64,000 bases of DNA from Candidatus Rokuibacteriota bacterium (GTDB lineage: Bacteria > Methylomirabilota > Methylomirabilia > Rokubacteriales > CSP1-6): NCBI GenBank assembly GCA_003220595.1, contig QHSZ01000023.1, positions 3,271-67,270 of the forward strand, given 5' to 3'. Position 1 is the stretch's first letter, and each line of letters begins with the position of its first letter. This document shows, piece after piece, positions 9,356 through 19,646 of this stretch. The notes under the pieces were generated by a model. The model was given only the letters and a program-made list of their open reading frames with translations. It had not been told where the DNA came from and did no database searches. The position numbers and the translations under genes are program-made.

Positions 9356-10357
9356 GTGAGGATCGCCGGCGGCGTCCGGGCGATCCTCACGTACGCCGAC
9401 CGCCTGGCCGCGCGCGGCCACGACGTGACGCTCGTCGTGCCGGCCAAGGGGCGGCTCCGCGCCGCGTGGCGGCGCCTGCGCGGCGCCGGGCCCGACTGGC
9501 TGCCGGGCTTCCGGGCGCGGCTCCGATGGGTCGGGCGCTGGCAGGCGGAGGCTCTGCCCGACGGCGACGTCGTCGTCGCGACGGCGTGGCCGTCGGCCGG
9601 CATCGCCGCGGCGGCGCCCCGCCGCTGCGGCGCCGGGTTCTACTTCGTCCAACACTACGAGAGCCTCTACCACGGCGCCGCCGCCCTCGTGGACGCGACG
9701 TATCGGCTCCCCCTCCGGACGATCGTCATCTCGACGTGGCTCCGCGACCTCGTGCGCGACAAGTTCCAGTGCGACGCCGAGGTCCTCGTCACGCCCGTGG
9801 ACCCGGCGCTCTTCCGGCCGGTGCCCGTCGCCGTGGGGACCTCGCGGCCGCGCGTGCTCATGCTCCACCACGAGTACGCGTGGAAGGGCGTGGCCGAGGG
9901 CGTCGAGGCGGCACGGCGCGTGAAGGCGCGCGTGCCCGGGCTCGTCCTGGTGGGCTTCGGCGTGAGGCCGCCGCGCGCTCCCTCGCCCTATGACGAGTTT
10001 CACGCGAACCCGCCCCAGGACCGGCTCGCCGAGGTCTATTCGAGCTGCGAGATCTATCTCTGCCCCTCCTGGGACGAGGGGCTCGGCATGCCGCCGATGG
10101 AGGCGATGGCGTGCGGCGCCGCGCTCGTGACCTACGACAACGGCGGCTGCCGCGATTACGCGCGCGACGGCGAGACGGCGCTGGTCGCGCGCCGGCGCGA
10201 CGTCGCCGACCTCGCGGCCAGGCTCGAGCTGCTCGCGAGCGATCCCGCGCTCCGCGCCAGGATCGCGGCCGCCGGCCGGCGGCTCGTCACGACTGCGTTC
10301 CACTGGGACCGCGCCGTGGCCCGGCTGGAGGCGCTCTTCGCGGCCGGGCGGCGCTGA
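9356..10357 (+). CDS. glycosyltransferase family 1 (GT4)
   Basis: 333 aa with a C-terminal EGLGMPPMEAMACGAALV motif typical of retaining GT-B glycosyltransferases. Confidence 0.8.
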   Translation: MRIAGGVRAILTYADRLAARGHDVTLVVPAKGRLRAAWRRLRGAGPDWLPGFRARLRWVGRWQAEALPDGDVVVATAWPSAGIAAAAPRRCGAGFYFVQHYESLYHGAAALVDATYRLPLRTIVISTWLRDLVRDKFQCDAEVLVTPVDPALFRPVPVAVGTSRPRVLMLHHEYAWKGVAEGVEAARRVKARVPGLVLVGFGVRPPRAPSPYDEFHANPPQDRLAEVYSSCEIYLCPSWDEGLGMPPMEAMACGAALVTYDNGGCRDYARDGETALVARRRDVADLAARLELLASDPALRARIAAAGRRLVTTAFHWDRAVARLEALFAAGRR

Positions 10358-10360
10358 GGG

Positions 10361-10378
10361 GGGCTCGTGCGCGAGCCC
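10361..10378 (+). terminator. candidate intrinsic terminator hairpin after the GT1 gene
   Basis: GGGCTCG-TGCG-CGAGCCC (7-bp stem, 4-nt loop) sits 3 nt after the stop codon and is followed by TGTATGCTTG. Confidence 0.35.
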
Positions 10379-10465
10379 TGTATGCTTGACGAGGGGGACG
10401 GGCCTGCGGCGGAGACGGACGAGGTCTGGACGGGGGGTTCGAGCCGGACCGAGGCTGGCCCGCGC

Positions 10466-10651
10466 TCAGCCGCGGGGCCGGGCGCCGGTGCCGAGGGCGC
10501 AGACGGCCGGCGGGCCGTCGAGCTTGGAGGCGAGCACGCTCAGCTCGAGTTCCAGCTCGGCCAGCCTCGACGCGAGCCGCTCGCGCTCCTGGTGCAGGGC
10601 CTGGGCCAGCGTCGTAACCTGGTGGAGGAGTTGACGTTCACGATCAGCCAT
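10466..10651 (-). CDS. small coiled-coil protein (hypothetical, ~62 aa)
   Basis: MADRERQLLHQVTTLAQALHQERERLASRLAELELELSVLASKLDG... with GC3-biased codons. It is oriented antisense to the fmdB leader. Confidence 0.3.
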   Translation of the reverse strand: MADRERQLLHQVTTLAQALHQERERLASRLAELELELSVLASKLDGPPAVCALGTGARPRG

Positions 10652-10829
10652 GGTGGCGTTCATACCGCTCGGTAGAAGCAAAAAGGGTGCCGGGGGGCCC
10701 GAAGCCTGGCACGGCGCCACTTTCCGGAAGTCCGGGCGGCGCATCCTGACACGGGCGCCGGCCGCGCCCGCCAGGGTGACACGGGCGGCCCCGACCCTGC
10801 ATGTCGCGCGTGCTAAGATTAGCTGCGGC

Positions 10830-11222
10830 ATGCCCATTTACGAGTACGAGTGCCACGACTGTCGACGCCGGGTGAGCCTCCTCGTACTCCGGCCGTCCAC
10901 CGCCCCCGCCGCCACCTGCCCGCGCTGTCACGGATCGAACCTGAGCCGCCTGATGTCGCGCTTCGCCACCGTCCGCTCGGAGGACGAGCGGCTCGAGTCC
11001 ATGGCAGACGCCTCGAGCTTCGGTGACCTCAACGAGGACGATCCGGCCAGCGTCGCCCGCTTCATGAAGAAGATGGGCAAGGAGTTCGGCGACGACCTCG
11101 GAGACGACTTCGAGTCCGCCGTGGACGAGGCCCTCACAGAGGGCGACACGGGGGGCCCGGCCGGCGCCACCGAGGGGCCGTCCGAATCCCTGGACGCCTC
11201 GGGCGCGCCCGAAGACCTCTGA
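10830..11222 (+). CDS. FmdB-family zinc-ribbon putative regulatory protein
   Basis: MPIYEYECHDC...CPRCHG is the classic FmdB CxxC...CxxC signature, followed by an acidic C-terminal tail. Confidence 0.75.
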   Translation: MPIYEYECHDCRRRVSLLVLRPSTAPAATCPRCHGSNLSRLMSRFATVRSEDERLESMADASSFGDLNEDDPASVARFMKKMGKEFGDDLGDDFESAVDEALTEGDTGGPAGATEGPSESLDASGAPEDL

Positions 11223-11232
11223 TGGCTTCCCG

Positions 11233-12225
11233 GTGAAAGTCGAGCTCGCGGACCGTCTCGAGGCGGTCGGCGCGACCGCGTGGGACCGGCTCCACGCCGG
11301 AGCACGGCTCCGCTCGCCGTTCCTGTCGTGGATCTGGCAAACCCACTGGGCCAGCGCATTCGCCGCGGACCGACGGCTCGACATCCGACGCGTGACGGAC
11401 GGCGAGGGGAGCCTGGTCGCGGTGCTTCCGCTCTACGAGGAGGCGCCGGGCGTCTTCCAGATGCTCGGCGGCGCCGACGTCTCGGACTACCTCGACCTCG
11501 TCGCCGTCGCGGGGCGCGAGGAAGAGGCGTGGACGGCGCTCCTCGAGTCACGGGCCGCCGAGCCGGTCGAGTGGCGCCTGCACGCGGTGCCGGCGAGCTC
11601 ACCGACGCTCGCGGCCCTCCCGACGCTGGCGCGCGCCTGCGGGCTCGCCGCCGAGGCCGCCGTCGAGGAGCGATGTCCGGTGCTGACGCTGCCCGGCACC
11701 TGGGACGAGTACCTCGCGGGGCTCGGCGGCAAGCATCGCCACGAGCTCAGCCGCAAGATGCGTCGCCTCGAGCGCGAGGTGCCGGAAGCGCGCGTCTCCT
11801 GCGTCCACCGGCCGGCGGACGTCGCCGCGCGCCTCGGCGACTTCCTCGACCTCCACCGGCGCTCGCGCGCCGGCAAGGCGCGCTTCATGGACGCGCGCAT
11901 GGAGGGTTTCTTCCGGGGCGCCGTGACGGCGCTGGCCGAGCGCGGGGCCGCGCGCCTCTGGTTCCTCGACATCGCGTCGGGCCCGATCGCGTCGTTCGTC
12001 GTGCTCGAGTGGGTCGACACGGTGGGCCTCTACAACTCCGGCTTCCATCCCGACCGGGCCGCGCTCTCGCCCGGCGTCGTCCTGCTGGGCCACCTGATCC
12101 GGGACGCGATCGAGCGCGGGCGGCGCCGGTTCGACTTCCTGCGCGGCGAGGAGCGGTACAAGTACGAGTTCGGGCCCGTCCCCGAAGAGGTCTACGGGGT
12201 GAGGATCGGACCCCCGCGGCCATGA
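11233..12225 (+). CDS. GNAT acetyltransferase of the CelD/BcsL (FemAB-like, Acetyltransf_6) family
   Basis: 330 aa with a conserved C-terminus (...FLDIASGPIASFVVLEWVDTVGLYNSGFHPDRAALSPG...FDFLRGEERYKYEFG). GTG start. Overlaps the next gene in an ATGA arrangement. Confidence 0.65.
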   Translation: MKVELADRLEAVGATAWDRLHAGARLRSPFLSWIWQTHWASAFAADRRLDIRRVTDGEGSLVAVLPLYEEAPGVFQMLGGADVSDYLDLVAVAGREEEAWTALLESRAAEPVEWRLHAVPASSPTLAALPTLARACGLAAEAAVEERCPVLTLPGTWDEYLAGLGGKHRHELSRKMRRLEREVPEARVSCVHRPADVAARLGDFLDLHRRSRAGKARFMDARMEGFFRGAVTALAERGAARLWFLDIASGPIASFVVLEWVDTVGLYNSGFHPDRAALSPGVVLLGHLIRDAIERGRRRFDFLRGEERYKYEFGPVPEEVYGVRIGPPRP

Positions 12226-13478
12226 ACCTCCGCGTCGCGATGCTCAGCCTCCACACGTGCCCGCTCGCCGCGCTCGGCGCGAAGGAGACGGGCGGGATGA
12301 ACGTCTACGTGCGCGAGCTCTCGCGCGAGCTCGGGCGGATGGGCGTCGAGGTGGACGTCTTCACACGGTCGCAGAACAGAGCGATCCCGCGCGTCGTCGG
12401 CATGGGCCCACGCGTGCAGGTGATCCACCTCCCGGCGGGGCCCGAGGCGCCGCTGGCGCGCCCCCAGATCCACGCCCACCTCGACGAGTTCGTCGACGGG
12501 CTCGAGACGTGGCGCCTCACGCGTGGCGTCGAGTACGACCTGATCCACGCCCACTACTGGCTGTCCGGGGTGGCCGCGCTGAGGCTCCGAGACCGCTGGG
12601 CGGTGCCGATTCTCCAGATGTTCCACACGCTCGGCCGGCCGAAGAACCGCGCGGCCCGGAGCGTCGCCGAGCTCGAGCCGGCGGTGCGGCTGCGCGAGGA
12701 GACGCGCATCGTGGGCGCCGCGGACCGCATCGTCGCCGCGAACGACGTGGAGCGCGCGGAGCTCCTGCGCGCCTACGGCGCCCGCGCGCCGCGCATCGCA
12801 ACGATCCCGTGCGGCGTGGATACCGAGCTCTTCGCGCCCGGGGACCAGGCCGCCGCGCGTCGTCAGCTCGGGCTCGACGCGCGGCCGGTGCTCCTCTGGG
12901 TCGGGCGGCTCGCGCCGATCAAGGGCCTCGACACGCTCCTCGACGCGGTGGGGCGGCTGCACGCGGCCGGCACCGACCCGAGACTCCTGATCGTCGGCGG
13001 CGACGCCGACGATCCGCCGAACGGGCACGAGACCACGCTGCGCGCCCAGATCCGCCGGCTCCGGCTCGACGGCGCGGTGAGCTTCGTGGGCCCGCAGCCG
13101 CAGGAGCGGCTCCCGACCTACTACGCCGCGGCCGACGTCACCGTCGTGCCCTCGTACTACGAGTCGTTCGGCATGGTGGCGCTCGAGGCCATGGCGTGCG
13201 GGAGCCCGGTGATCGCCTCGCGCGTCGGCGGACTCGTCACGACCGTCCGCGACGGCGTCACGGGCTTCCTGGTTCCCGAGAGCGACGTCGCGGCGCTCGC
13301 CGAGCGTATCGCCGCCCTCGTGGCCGATCCCGACCTCCGCTGGCGGATCGGCCGGGAGGGCGTCCGCTGGGCCGCCCAGCACCGATGGCCGTGCGTCGCG
13401 GAGGCGGTCTGCCGCGAGTACGCGTCGCTCGAGCCCATCGCGACTCCGCACCTCGCCGCCGCGCGCTGCCACGAGTAA
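12222..13478 (+). CDS. glycosyltransferase family 4 (MshA-like retaining GT)
   Basis: 418 aa. The N-terminus MNLRVAMLSLHTCPLAALGAKETGGMNVYV and the C-terminal EGFGMVALEAMACGSPVIAS motif match MshA/GT4 enzymes. Confidence 0.8.
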   Translation: MNLRVAMLSLHTCPLAALGAKETGGMNVYVRELSRELGRMGVEVDVFTRSQNRAIPRVVGMGPRVQVIHLPAGPEAPLARPQIHAHLDEFVDGLETWRLTRGVEYDLIHAHYWLSGVAALRLRDRWAVPILQMFHTLGRPKNRAARSVAELEPAVRLREETRIVGAADRIVAANDVERAELLRAYGARAPRIATIPCGVDTELFAPGDQAAARRQLGLDARPVLLWVGRLAPIKGLDTLLDAVGRLHAAGTDPRLLIVGGDADDPPNGHETTLRAQIRRLRLDGAVSFVGPQPQERLPTYYAAADVTVVPSYYESFGMVALEAMACGSPVIASRVGGLVTTVRDGVTGFLVPESDVAALAERIAALVADPDLRWRIGREGVRWAAQHRWPCVAEAVCREYASLEPIATPHLAAARCHE

Positions 13479-13569
13479 TTCGGGCCGTCCGCGCGCGCGC
13501 GTCGCGCCGACCTGACAGGTGTTGCGACTCGTCTTGCCATTGGACGTGTGCTAGACTCGCGCGCGGCGC

Positions 13570-14568
13570 ATGGCGACGCTTCTCGAAGTGCGTTCTCTCA
13601 CGACCGAGTTCGTGACGCGCGGCGGCGTGGTCCGAGCAGTGGACGGCGTGTCGTGGGACGTCGCGGAAGGCGAGACGGTCGCGCTGGTCGGCGAGTCGGG
13701 GTGTGGCAAGAGCGTGAGCGCGCTCTCCGTCATGCGGCTGGTCGCGGCGCCCGCAGGGCGCATCGTCAGCGGACAGGTCTTCTTCAAGGGGCGCGACCTC
13801 CTGGCCCTCTCCGAGGAGGAGATGCGCCGCGTCCGCGGCCGCGAGATCGCGATGGTCTTCCAGGAGCCGATGACCTCCCTGAACCCGGTGCTCACGATCG
13901 GGCGTCAGCTCACCGAGGGGCTCGAGATCCATCTGGGGATGACGCGCGGAGGCGCCCGGCAGCGTGCGGTGGAGGTCCTGGCGACGGTCGGCATCCCGGA
14001 TGCGGCGCGGCGCCTCTCGCAGTACCCGCACCAGTTCTCGGGCGGCATGCGTCAGCGGATCATGATCGCGGCGGCGCTCGCCTGCAATCCAGCGCTGATC
14101 CTCGCCGACGAGCCCACGACGGCGCTCGACGTGACGATCCAGGCGCAGATCCTCGAGCTCATGCGCGACCTCTCGCGCCGCTTCGGCGTCGCGATGCTGA
14201 TCATCACCCACAACCTCGGCGTCGTCGCGCGCTACGCGGACCGGGTGAACGTCATGTACGCGGGCCGCATCGTCGAGCGGGGGAGCGCGCGCGATCTCTA
14301 CAGGCGCCCGCGCCACCCCTACACGCTCGGACTGCTGCGCTCCGTGCCGCGTCTCGACGAGCCGCGGCGCGCGCGCCTCCAGCCGATCGAGGGCCAGCCG
14401 CCCGACCTCACGCGGCTCGGCCCCGGCTGCGCGTTCGCGCCGCGCTGCACGTTCAGGGTGGAGCGGTGCCGCGTCGAGCGGCCGGTCCTGGCGCCCGCGG
14501 ACGGGGAGGGGCACGTGACCGCGTGCTGGGAGGCCGCGCGCGTCGCGGGGGCACCGGCCCTCGCATGA
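13570..14568 (+). CDS. oligopeptide/dipeptide ABC transporter ATP-binding protein (DppD/OppD-type)
   Basis: Walker A GESGCGKS, signature LSGGMRQR, Walker [12 protein letters not shown], and a C-terminal oligopeptide-transporter extension. Confidence 0.85.
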   Translation: MATLLEVRSLTTEFVTRGGVVRAVDGVSWDVAEGETVALVGESGCGKSVSALSVMRLVAAPAGRIVSGQVFFKGRDLLALSEEEMRRVRGREIAMVFQEPMTSLNPVLTIGRQLTEGLEIHLGMTRGGARQRAVEVLATVGIPDAARRLSQYPHQFSGGMRQRIMIAAALACNPALILADEPTTALDVTIQAQILELMRDLSRRFGVAMLIITHNLGVVARYADRVNVMYAGRIVERGSARDLYRRPRHPYTLGLLRSVPRLDEPRRARLQPIEGQPPDLTRLGPGCAFAPRCTFRVERCRVERPVLAPADGEGHVTACWEAARVAGAPALA

Positions 14569-15545
14569 CGGACAACGGCGCGCTGCTCGAGGTCCGGAAC
14601 CTCGTCAAGCATTTCCACGTCGGCGGCGGGCTCTTCGGCGGCGCGCCCGGTGTCGTCCGCGCCGTGGACGGCGTGAGCTTTGCGATCCGTCGCGGCGAGA
14701 CGCTCGGGCTCGTCGGCGAGTCGGGCTGCGGCAAGACCACGACGGGTCGCTGCATCCTGCAGCTCGAGCGACCGACGAGCGGCGAGATCGTCTTCGACGG
14801 CCAGAACCTGACGAAGCTCGACGACGCGGGGCTCCGGCGCGTCCGGCGTCGCATGCAGGTGATCTTTCAGGACCCCTACAGCTCGCTGAATCCGCGGATG
14901 ACGATCGGCCAGATCCTCGCCGAGCCGCTCGTCGTGCACGGCCTGGTGCCGGACCGGGCCGCGCGGGAAGCGCGCGTCGGCGAGCTGCTGCGCCACGTCG
15001 GCCTCCTGCCGCAGCACGCGCACCGGTACCCGCATGAGCTCTCCGGCGGCCAGCGCCAGCGCGTCGGGATCGCGCGCGCGCTCGCCATGGAGCCCGCCCT
15101 GATCGTGTGCGACGAGCCGGTCTCGGCCCTCGACGTCTCGATCCAGGCGCAGATCGTGAACCTCCTGGAAGACCTGCAGCGCCAGTTCGGGCTCACGTAC
15201 CTCTTCGTCGCCCACGACCTCTCGGTCGTCCGCCACATCTCCGACCGCGTGGCGGTCATGTACCTCGGCAAGATCGTCGAGATCGCCGGCCGGCAGGCGC
15301 TCTACGAGGACCCGCTCCATCCGTATACGCGCGCGCTGCTGTCGGCGGTGCCGATCCCCGACCCCGACGTGGAGGCCCGCCGCGTGCACGTCGTGCTGGG
15401 CGGGGAGGTGCCGAGTCCCCTCAACCCGCCCGCCGGCTGCGTGTTCCACCCGCGCTGCCCGATCGCGGTGGACCGCTGCCGGAGCGAGGTGCCCGTGCTC
15501 CGCGAGGTCAAGCCCGGGCACTGGGCGGCCTGCCTCCTGGCTTGA
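14565..15545 (+). CDS. oligopeptide/dipeptide ABC transporter ATP-binding protein (DppF/OppF-type)
   Basis: [17 protein letters not shown] and [11 protein letters not shown] motifs. ATGA overlap with the upstream ATPase gene. Confidence 0.85.
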   Translation: MTDNGALLEVRNLVKHFHVGGGLFGGAPGVVRAVDGVSFAIRRGETLGLVGESGCGKTTTGRCILQLERPTSGEIVFDGQNLTKLDDAGLRRVRRRMQVIFQDPYSSLNPRMTIGQILAEPLVVHGLVPDRAAREARVGELLRHVGLLPQHAHRYPHELSGGQRQRVGIARALAMEPALIVCDEPVSALDVSIQAQIVNLLEDLQRQFGLTYLFVAHDLSVVRHISDRVAVMYLGKIVEIAGRQALYEDPLHPYTRALLSAVPIPDPDVEARRVHVVLGGEVPSPLNPPAGCVFHPRCPIAVDRCRSEVPVLREVKPGHWAACLLA

Positions 15546-15666
15546 CACCTCGGCCGTACGTGCTTAAATGCTGAAACCTTTGGTGAGCCTCCAGGGTTTT
15601 CCGAGAAACCGCCCTGCGGTGACACGAGACCGGACACGAGCTCGGGCGCGGCGCGCCCGCGGAGGT

Positions 15667-17259
15667 ATGCCCATGCGACGCTGGAGAGGCCCGTTCATCG
15701 CGCTGTTGATCTTGGCCCTCGCGCTGCCCGTGTGGGCGCAGGAGAAGCCACGGTCCGGCGGCGAGCTCGTCTTCGTCGTGCCGTCGGAGCCGCCGTCCTA
15801 CGACGCGCACCAGGAAGAGACGTTCGGCGTCATTCATCCGGTGGCGCCGCACTACAGCACGCTGCTGCGCGTCGATCCGCTCGACAAGACGGGCACCAAG
15901 CCGGTCGGCGACCTCGCCGAGTCGTGGACCGTCTCCAAGGACGGCCTCGTCTACACCTTCAAGCTCCACAAGGGCGTCAAGTTCCACGACGGCAGCGAGA
16001 TGACCTCGAAGGACGTCAAGGCCTCGTACGACAAGATCCTGAGCCCGCCCGCCGGGGTGAAGTCCCTCCGGGCCTCGGCCTACGCTGCGGTGAAGGAGAT
16101 CGAGGCGCCCGACGCGCACACGGTCCGGTTCACGCTGAAATGGCCGGAGTCCTCCTTGCTCTTGAACCTCGCGTCGCCCTGGAACTGGATCTACAAGGCC
16201 GACATCCTCGCCAAGGACCCACAGTGGTACATGAAGAACGTCATGGGCACCGGCCCCTTCAAGTTCGTGGAGCACGTCCGGGGCTCCCACTGGGTCGGCA
16301 AGAAGAACCCGGACTACTGGGACAAGGGCAAGCCCTACCTCGACGGCTACCGCGCGATCTTCATCAGCAACTCGGCGGCCCAGGTCGCGGCGGTCCGTGG
16401 CGAGCGTGCCATGATCCAGTTCCGCAGCTTCAGCCCGCCGGAGCGCGACAGCCTCGTGCAGGCGCTGGGGCCGAAGATCACGGTGCAGGAGAGCCCCTGG
16501 GATTGCCTCAACTTCGTCTCGATGCACCACCAGAAGAAGCCGTTCGACGACAAGCGCGTGCGGCGGGCCCTGAGCTTGGCGCTCGATCGCTACGAAGGCT
16601 CCAAGGCGCTGTCGCGCATCACGCTCGTGAAGGACGTGGCCGGCATCATCGTGCCGGGCACACCGTATGCCACGCCGCCGCAAGAGCTGGAGAAGCTCGC
16701 GGGCTACGGGCGGGACATCAACGCCAACCGGGCGGAGGCCAAGCGTCTCCTGAGAGAGGCGGGCGTCCCCGAGGGGTTCGCGTTCACGTTCAAGAACCGG
16801 GGCATCCCGCACCCGTACGAGCCCCTGGGCATCTGGCTCATCGACCAGTGGCGCCAGATCGGCCTGAACGTCAAGCAGGAGATCCTCGAAGCGTCCGCCT
16901 ATCACCCGATGCTGATGCGCGGCGACTTCGAGGTGGCGATGGACTTCCAGTGCGGCTTCATCGTGGAGCCGGACCTGGACCTGGGCCGATTCCTCAGCAT
17001 CTCTGACGCCAACTACGGGAAGCACAAGGACACCGTCATCGACGACCTCTACGTGCGTCAGGCGCGCGCCACCGACATGGAGGAGCGCAAGCGGATCCTT
17101 CGCACGCTGGAGAAGCGGCTGCTCGACGACGAGGCGCACGTCGTCTACACGCTCCAGTGGCACCGGATCATTCCTCACAACTCGAGGGTGAAGGGTTGGA
17201 CGATCACGCCGAGCCACTACCTGAACAACCAGCTCGACACCGTGTGGCTCACCGAGTAG
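15667..17259 (+). CDS. ABC transporter substrate-binding protein, family 5 (peptide/nickel)
   Basis: Signal peptide MPMRRWRGPFIALLILALALPVWAQ followed by an SBP_bac_5 fold. GGAGG ribosome-binding site upstream. Confidence 0.8.
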   Translation: MPMRRWRGPFIALLILALALPVWAQEKPRSGGELVFVVPSEPPSYDAHQEETFGVIHPVAPHYSTLLRVDPLDKTGTKPVGDLAESWTVSKDGLVYTFKLHKGVKFHDGSEMTSKDVKASYDKILSPPAGVKSLRASAYAAVKEIEAPDAHTVRFTLKWPESSLLLNLASPWNWIYKADILAKDPQWYMKNVMGTGPFKFVEHVRGSHWVGKKNPDYWDKGKPYLDGYRAIFISNSAAQVAAVRGERAMIQFRSFSPPERDSLVQALGPKITVQESPWDCLNFVSMHHQKKPFDDKRVRRALSLALDRYEGSKALSRITLVKDVAGIIVPGTPYATPPQELEKLAGYGRDINANRAEAKRLLREAGVPEGFAFTFKNRGIPHPYEPLGIWLIDQWRQIGLNVKQEILEASAYHPMLMRGDFEVAMDFQCGFIVEPDLDLGRFLSISDANYGKHKDTVIDDLYVRQARATDMEERKRILRTLEKRLLDDEAHVVYTLQWHRIIPHNSRVKGWTITPSHYLNNQLDTVWLTE

Positions 17260-17325
17260 CAGAAGCGCCGAATACCGGCAGCGGGGGAGGGTGGCGGCGG
17301 CTCTGACCGCGCGCGGGTCGCATCC

Positions 17326-18279
17326 ATGCACACGTATCTCCTCAAGCGCCTTCTGCTGATCTTTCCCACGCTGTTTGGGGTGGCCGTGGTGACGTTTCTG
17401 CTCATCCGCATCATTCCGGGCGACGTCGTCGAGCTACGCTACTCCGGGGACCGCGGCGCCGTGTCACAGCAGCTGCTCGACCAGGAGCGCGCGCGGATCG
17501 GCCTCGACAAGCCCGTCTGGCGGCAGTTCGCCACGTGGATCTGGGGTGTCGCGCGCCTGGATTTCGGGCAGTCGATGTGGACGGGCGCGCCGATCTGGCA
17601 GGAGATCAAGCTGCGCTTCGCGCTGTCGCTCCAGGTCGCCGTCATGGCGACGATCGTCGCCGTGCTGCTGGCGATCCCCCTCGGCGTGCTCGCCGCGCTG
17701 AAGCAGGACACCTGGATCGACTACGCCGTCCGCGTCTTCTCGATCGCCGGGCTCGCCATGCCGTCGTTCTGGCTGGGCATCGTCCTGATCCTGATGCTCC
17801 TCATCGTCTTCCAATGGCTGCCGCCCATGGTCTACACGCCGTTCTGGGTGAGCCCCTGGCAGAACCTGGCCCAGCTGATCTGGCCGGCGCTGGCCGTGGG
17901 CTATCGGTACTCCGCGGTCGCCACCCGGATGACGCGGTCGGCCATGCTGGAGGTGTTGCGCGAGGACTACATCCGCACCGCGCGCGCCAAGGGTCTCATG
18001 CAGAAGCTGGTTCTCTCGCGGCACGCGCTCAAGAACGCGATGCTCCCCGTGCTGACAGTCGTCGCGATCGAGTTCGCCTTCCTGATCGGTGGCCTCGTCG
18101 TCACCGAGCAGGTGTTCAACCTCAACGGCATCGGGCTCCTCTTCGTCCAGGCCGTGGCCCATCGCGACTACACGCTGCTTCAGGCCCTCGTGATGCTGGT
18201 GGCCGGCGCGTTCATCCTGGTGAACTTCCTGATGGACGTGGCCTACGCGTGGCTCGACCCGCGCATCCGGTACCGCTGA
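17326..18279 (+). CDS. ABC transporter permease (DppB/OppB-type)
   Basis: 317 aa, 6 TM segments, BPD_transp_1 EAA-like loop (YIRTARAKG). Confidence 0.85.
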   Translation: MHTYLLKRLLLIFPTLFGVAVVTFLLIRIIPGDVVELRYSGDRGAVSQQLLDQERARIGLDKPVWRQFATWIWGVARLDFGQSMWTGAPIWQEIKLRFALSLQVAVMATIVAVLLAIPLGVLAALKQDTWIDYAVRVFSIAGLAMPSFWLGIVLILMLLIVFQWLPPMVYTPFWVSPWQNLAQLIWPALAVGYRYSAVATRMTRSAMLEVLREDYIRTARAKGLMQKLVLSRHALKNAMLPVLTVVAIEFAFLIGGLVVTEQVFNLNGIGLLFVQAVAHRDYTLLQALVMLVAGAFILVNFLMDVAYAWLDPRIRYR

Positions 18280-19169
18280 TGGCGACGCCCCTCGCCTACG
18301 ACCTGGAGGTGGTGGAGACGCGGCGGCGCTGGCCCGAGGCGCTCCGCGACTTCGGTCGACGGCGTCCTCTCGGCGCCATCGGCGCCGTCGTGATCGTCTT
18401 CATGCTCCTGGTGGCGGGGCTGGCGCCGGTGATCTCGCCGTACGATCCGGTCGCCATCGATTTCGGCGCCATGCTGGCGCGGCCCTCGTCCGCGCACTGG
18501 CTCGGGACGGACTCGTTCGGTCGCGACGTCCTCTCGCGCCTCGTCCACGGCTCGCGCACGGCGCTGCTCGTGGGCTTCGGCGCCTCGATCCTCGGCGCGG
18601 CGATCGGCGCCATCCTCGGCGTGGGGAGCGCGTACTTCGGCGGCCGGGTGGACCTCTACGTCCAGCGGGTGATGGACATCTTCCTCGCGTTCCCGCTCAT
18701 CATCCTCGCGCTGGCGCTGGTCGCCATCCTCGGCAACTCGATTCCGAACCTCATCATGGCGATCACCGTGCCGATGATCCCGCGCTGCGCGCTGGTCATC
18801 CGCGCCTCCGCGCTCTCGATCCGCGAGATGGCGTACGTGGACGCGGCGCGGGCGGCCGGCTTCGGGCACGCGCGCATCGTCCTGCGGCACATGCTCCCGA
18901 ACGTCATGGCGCCCTTCCTGATCATGCTCACCGCGTTCGTGGGGCAGGCGATCCTGCTCGAGTCCTCGCTCTCGTTCCTCGGGCTCGGCGTGCAGGAGCC
19001 GACGCCCGCGTGGGGCCTCATGCTGAGCGGCGCGGCCGTCGAGTTCGCGGAGCGGGCCCCGTGGATGGCGATCTTTCCGGGGCTCGCGATCAGCCTCGCC
19101 GTCTTCGCCTTCAACCTCTTCGGCGACTCCCTGCGCGACGCCCTCGACCCGCGCCTCCGGACCCAGTGA
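18279..19169 (+). CDS. ABC transporter permease (DppC/OppC-type)
   Basis: 297 aa with an N-terminal OppC domain and an MAYVDAARAAG loop. 1-nt overlap (TGATG) with the upstream permease. Confidence 0.85.
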   Translation: MATPLAYDLEVVETRRRWPEALRDFGRRRPLGAIGAVVIVFMLLVAGLAPVISPYDPVAIDFGAMLARPSSAHWLGTDSFGRDVLSRLVHGSRTALLVGFGASILGAAIGAILGVGSAYFGGRVDLYVQRVMDIFLAFPLIILALALVAILGNSIPNLIMAITVPMIPRCALVIRASALSIREMAYVDAARAAGFGHARIVLRHMLPNVMAPFLIMLTAFVGQAILLESSLSFLGLGVQEPTPAWGLMLSGAAVEFAERAPWMAIFPGLAISLAVFAFNLFGDSLRDALDPRLRTQ

Positions 19170-19206
19170 CGCGAGGCGCCGCGGGGACGCTCAAGGGCGC
19201 GGAAAG

Positions 19207-19235
19207 CTTGACACTCTGCGCTGATTCGGGTACAA
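19207..19235 (+). promoter_or_regulatory. candidate sigma-70 promoter for the ferredoxin gene
   Basis: TTGACA, a 17-nt spacer, then TACAAA. A GGGAGG ribosome-binding site precedes the ATG at 19278. Confidence 0.45.
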
Positions 19236-19277
19236 AAACGGTTGGTCCGACCAGATCCAGCGAATCGGGAGGCCTGA

Positions 19278-19544
<267 letters not shown>

Positions 19545-19572
19545 CTGCACATCCCACACGGCACACCGCCAG

Positions 19573-19613
19573 GCCCGCTGTGCATTCGGTCGAATGCGGC
19601 GGGCCGTTTTCTT
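19573..19613 (+). terminator. rho-independent terminator after fdxA
   Basis: GCCCGC-TGT-GCATTC-GGTC-GAATGC-G-GCGGGC extended hairpin, followed by the T-tract GTTTTCTT. Confidence 0.65.
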
Positions 19614-19646
19614 CGAGAGATCGACGACCCCGCGCTGGCATCGCGG

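Noticed and set aside
13479-13569. Possible promoter upstream of the opp/dpp operon (TTGCCA ... TAGACT)
   Set aside because: The spacer is only about 12 nt, and alternative -35 candidates give a 24-nt spacer. The region is not convincing enough to annotate.
13258-14514. 418-aa minus-strand ORF antisense to the first opp/dpp ATPase
   Set aside because: It is opposite a gene with intact Walker A/B and ABC signature motifs and has no recognisable domain.
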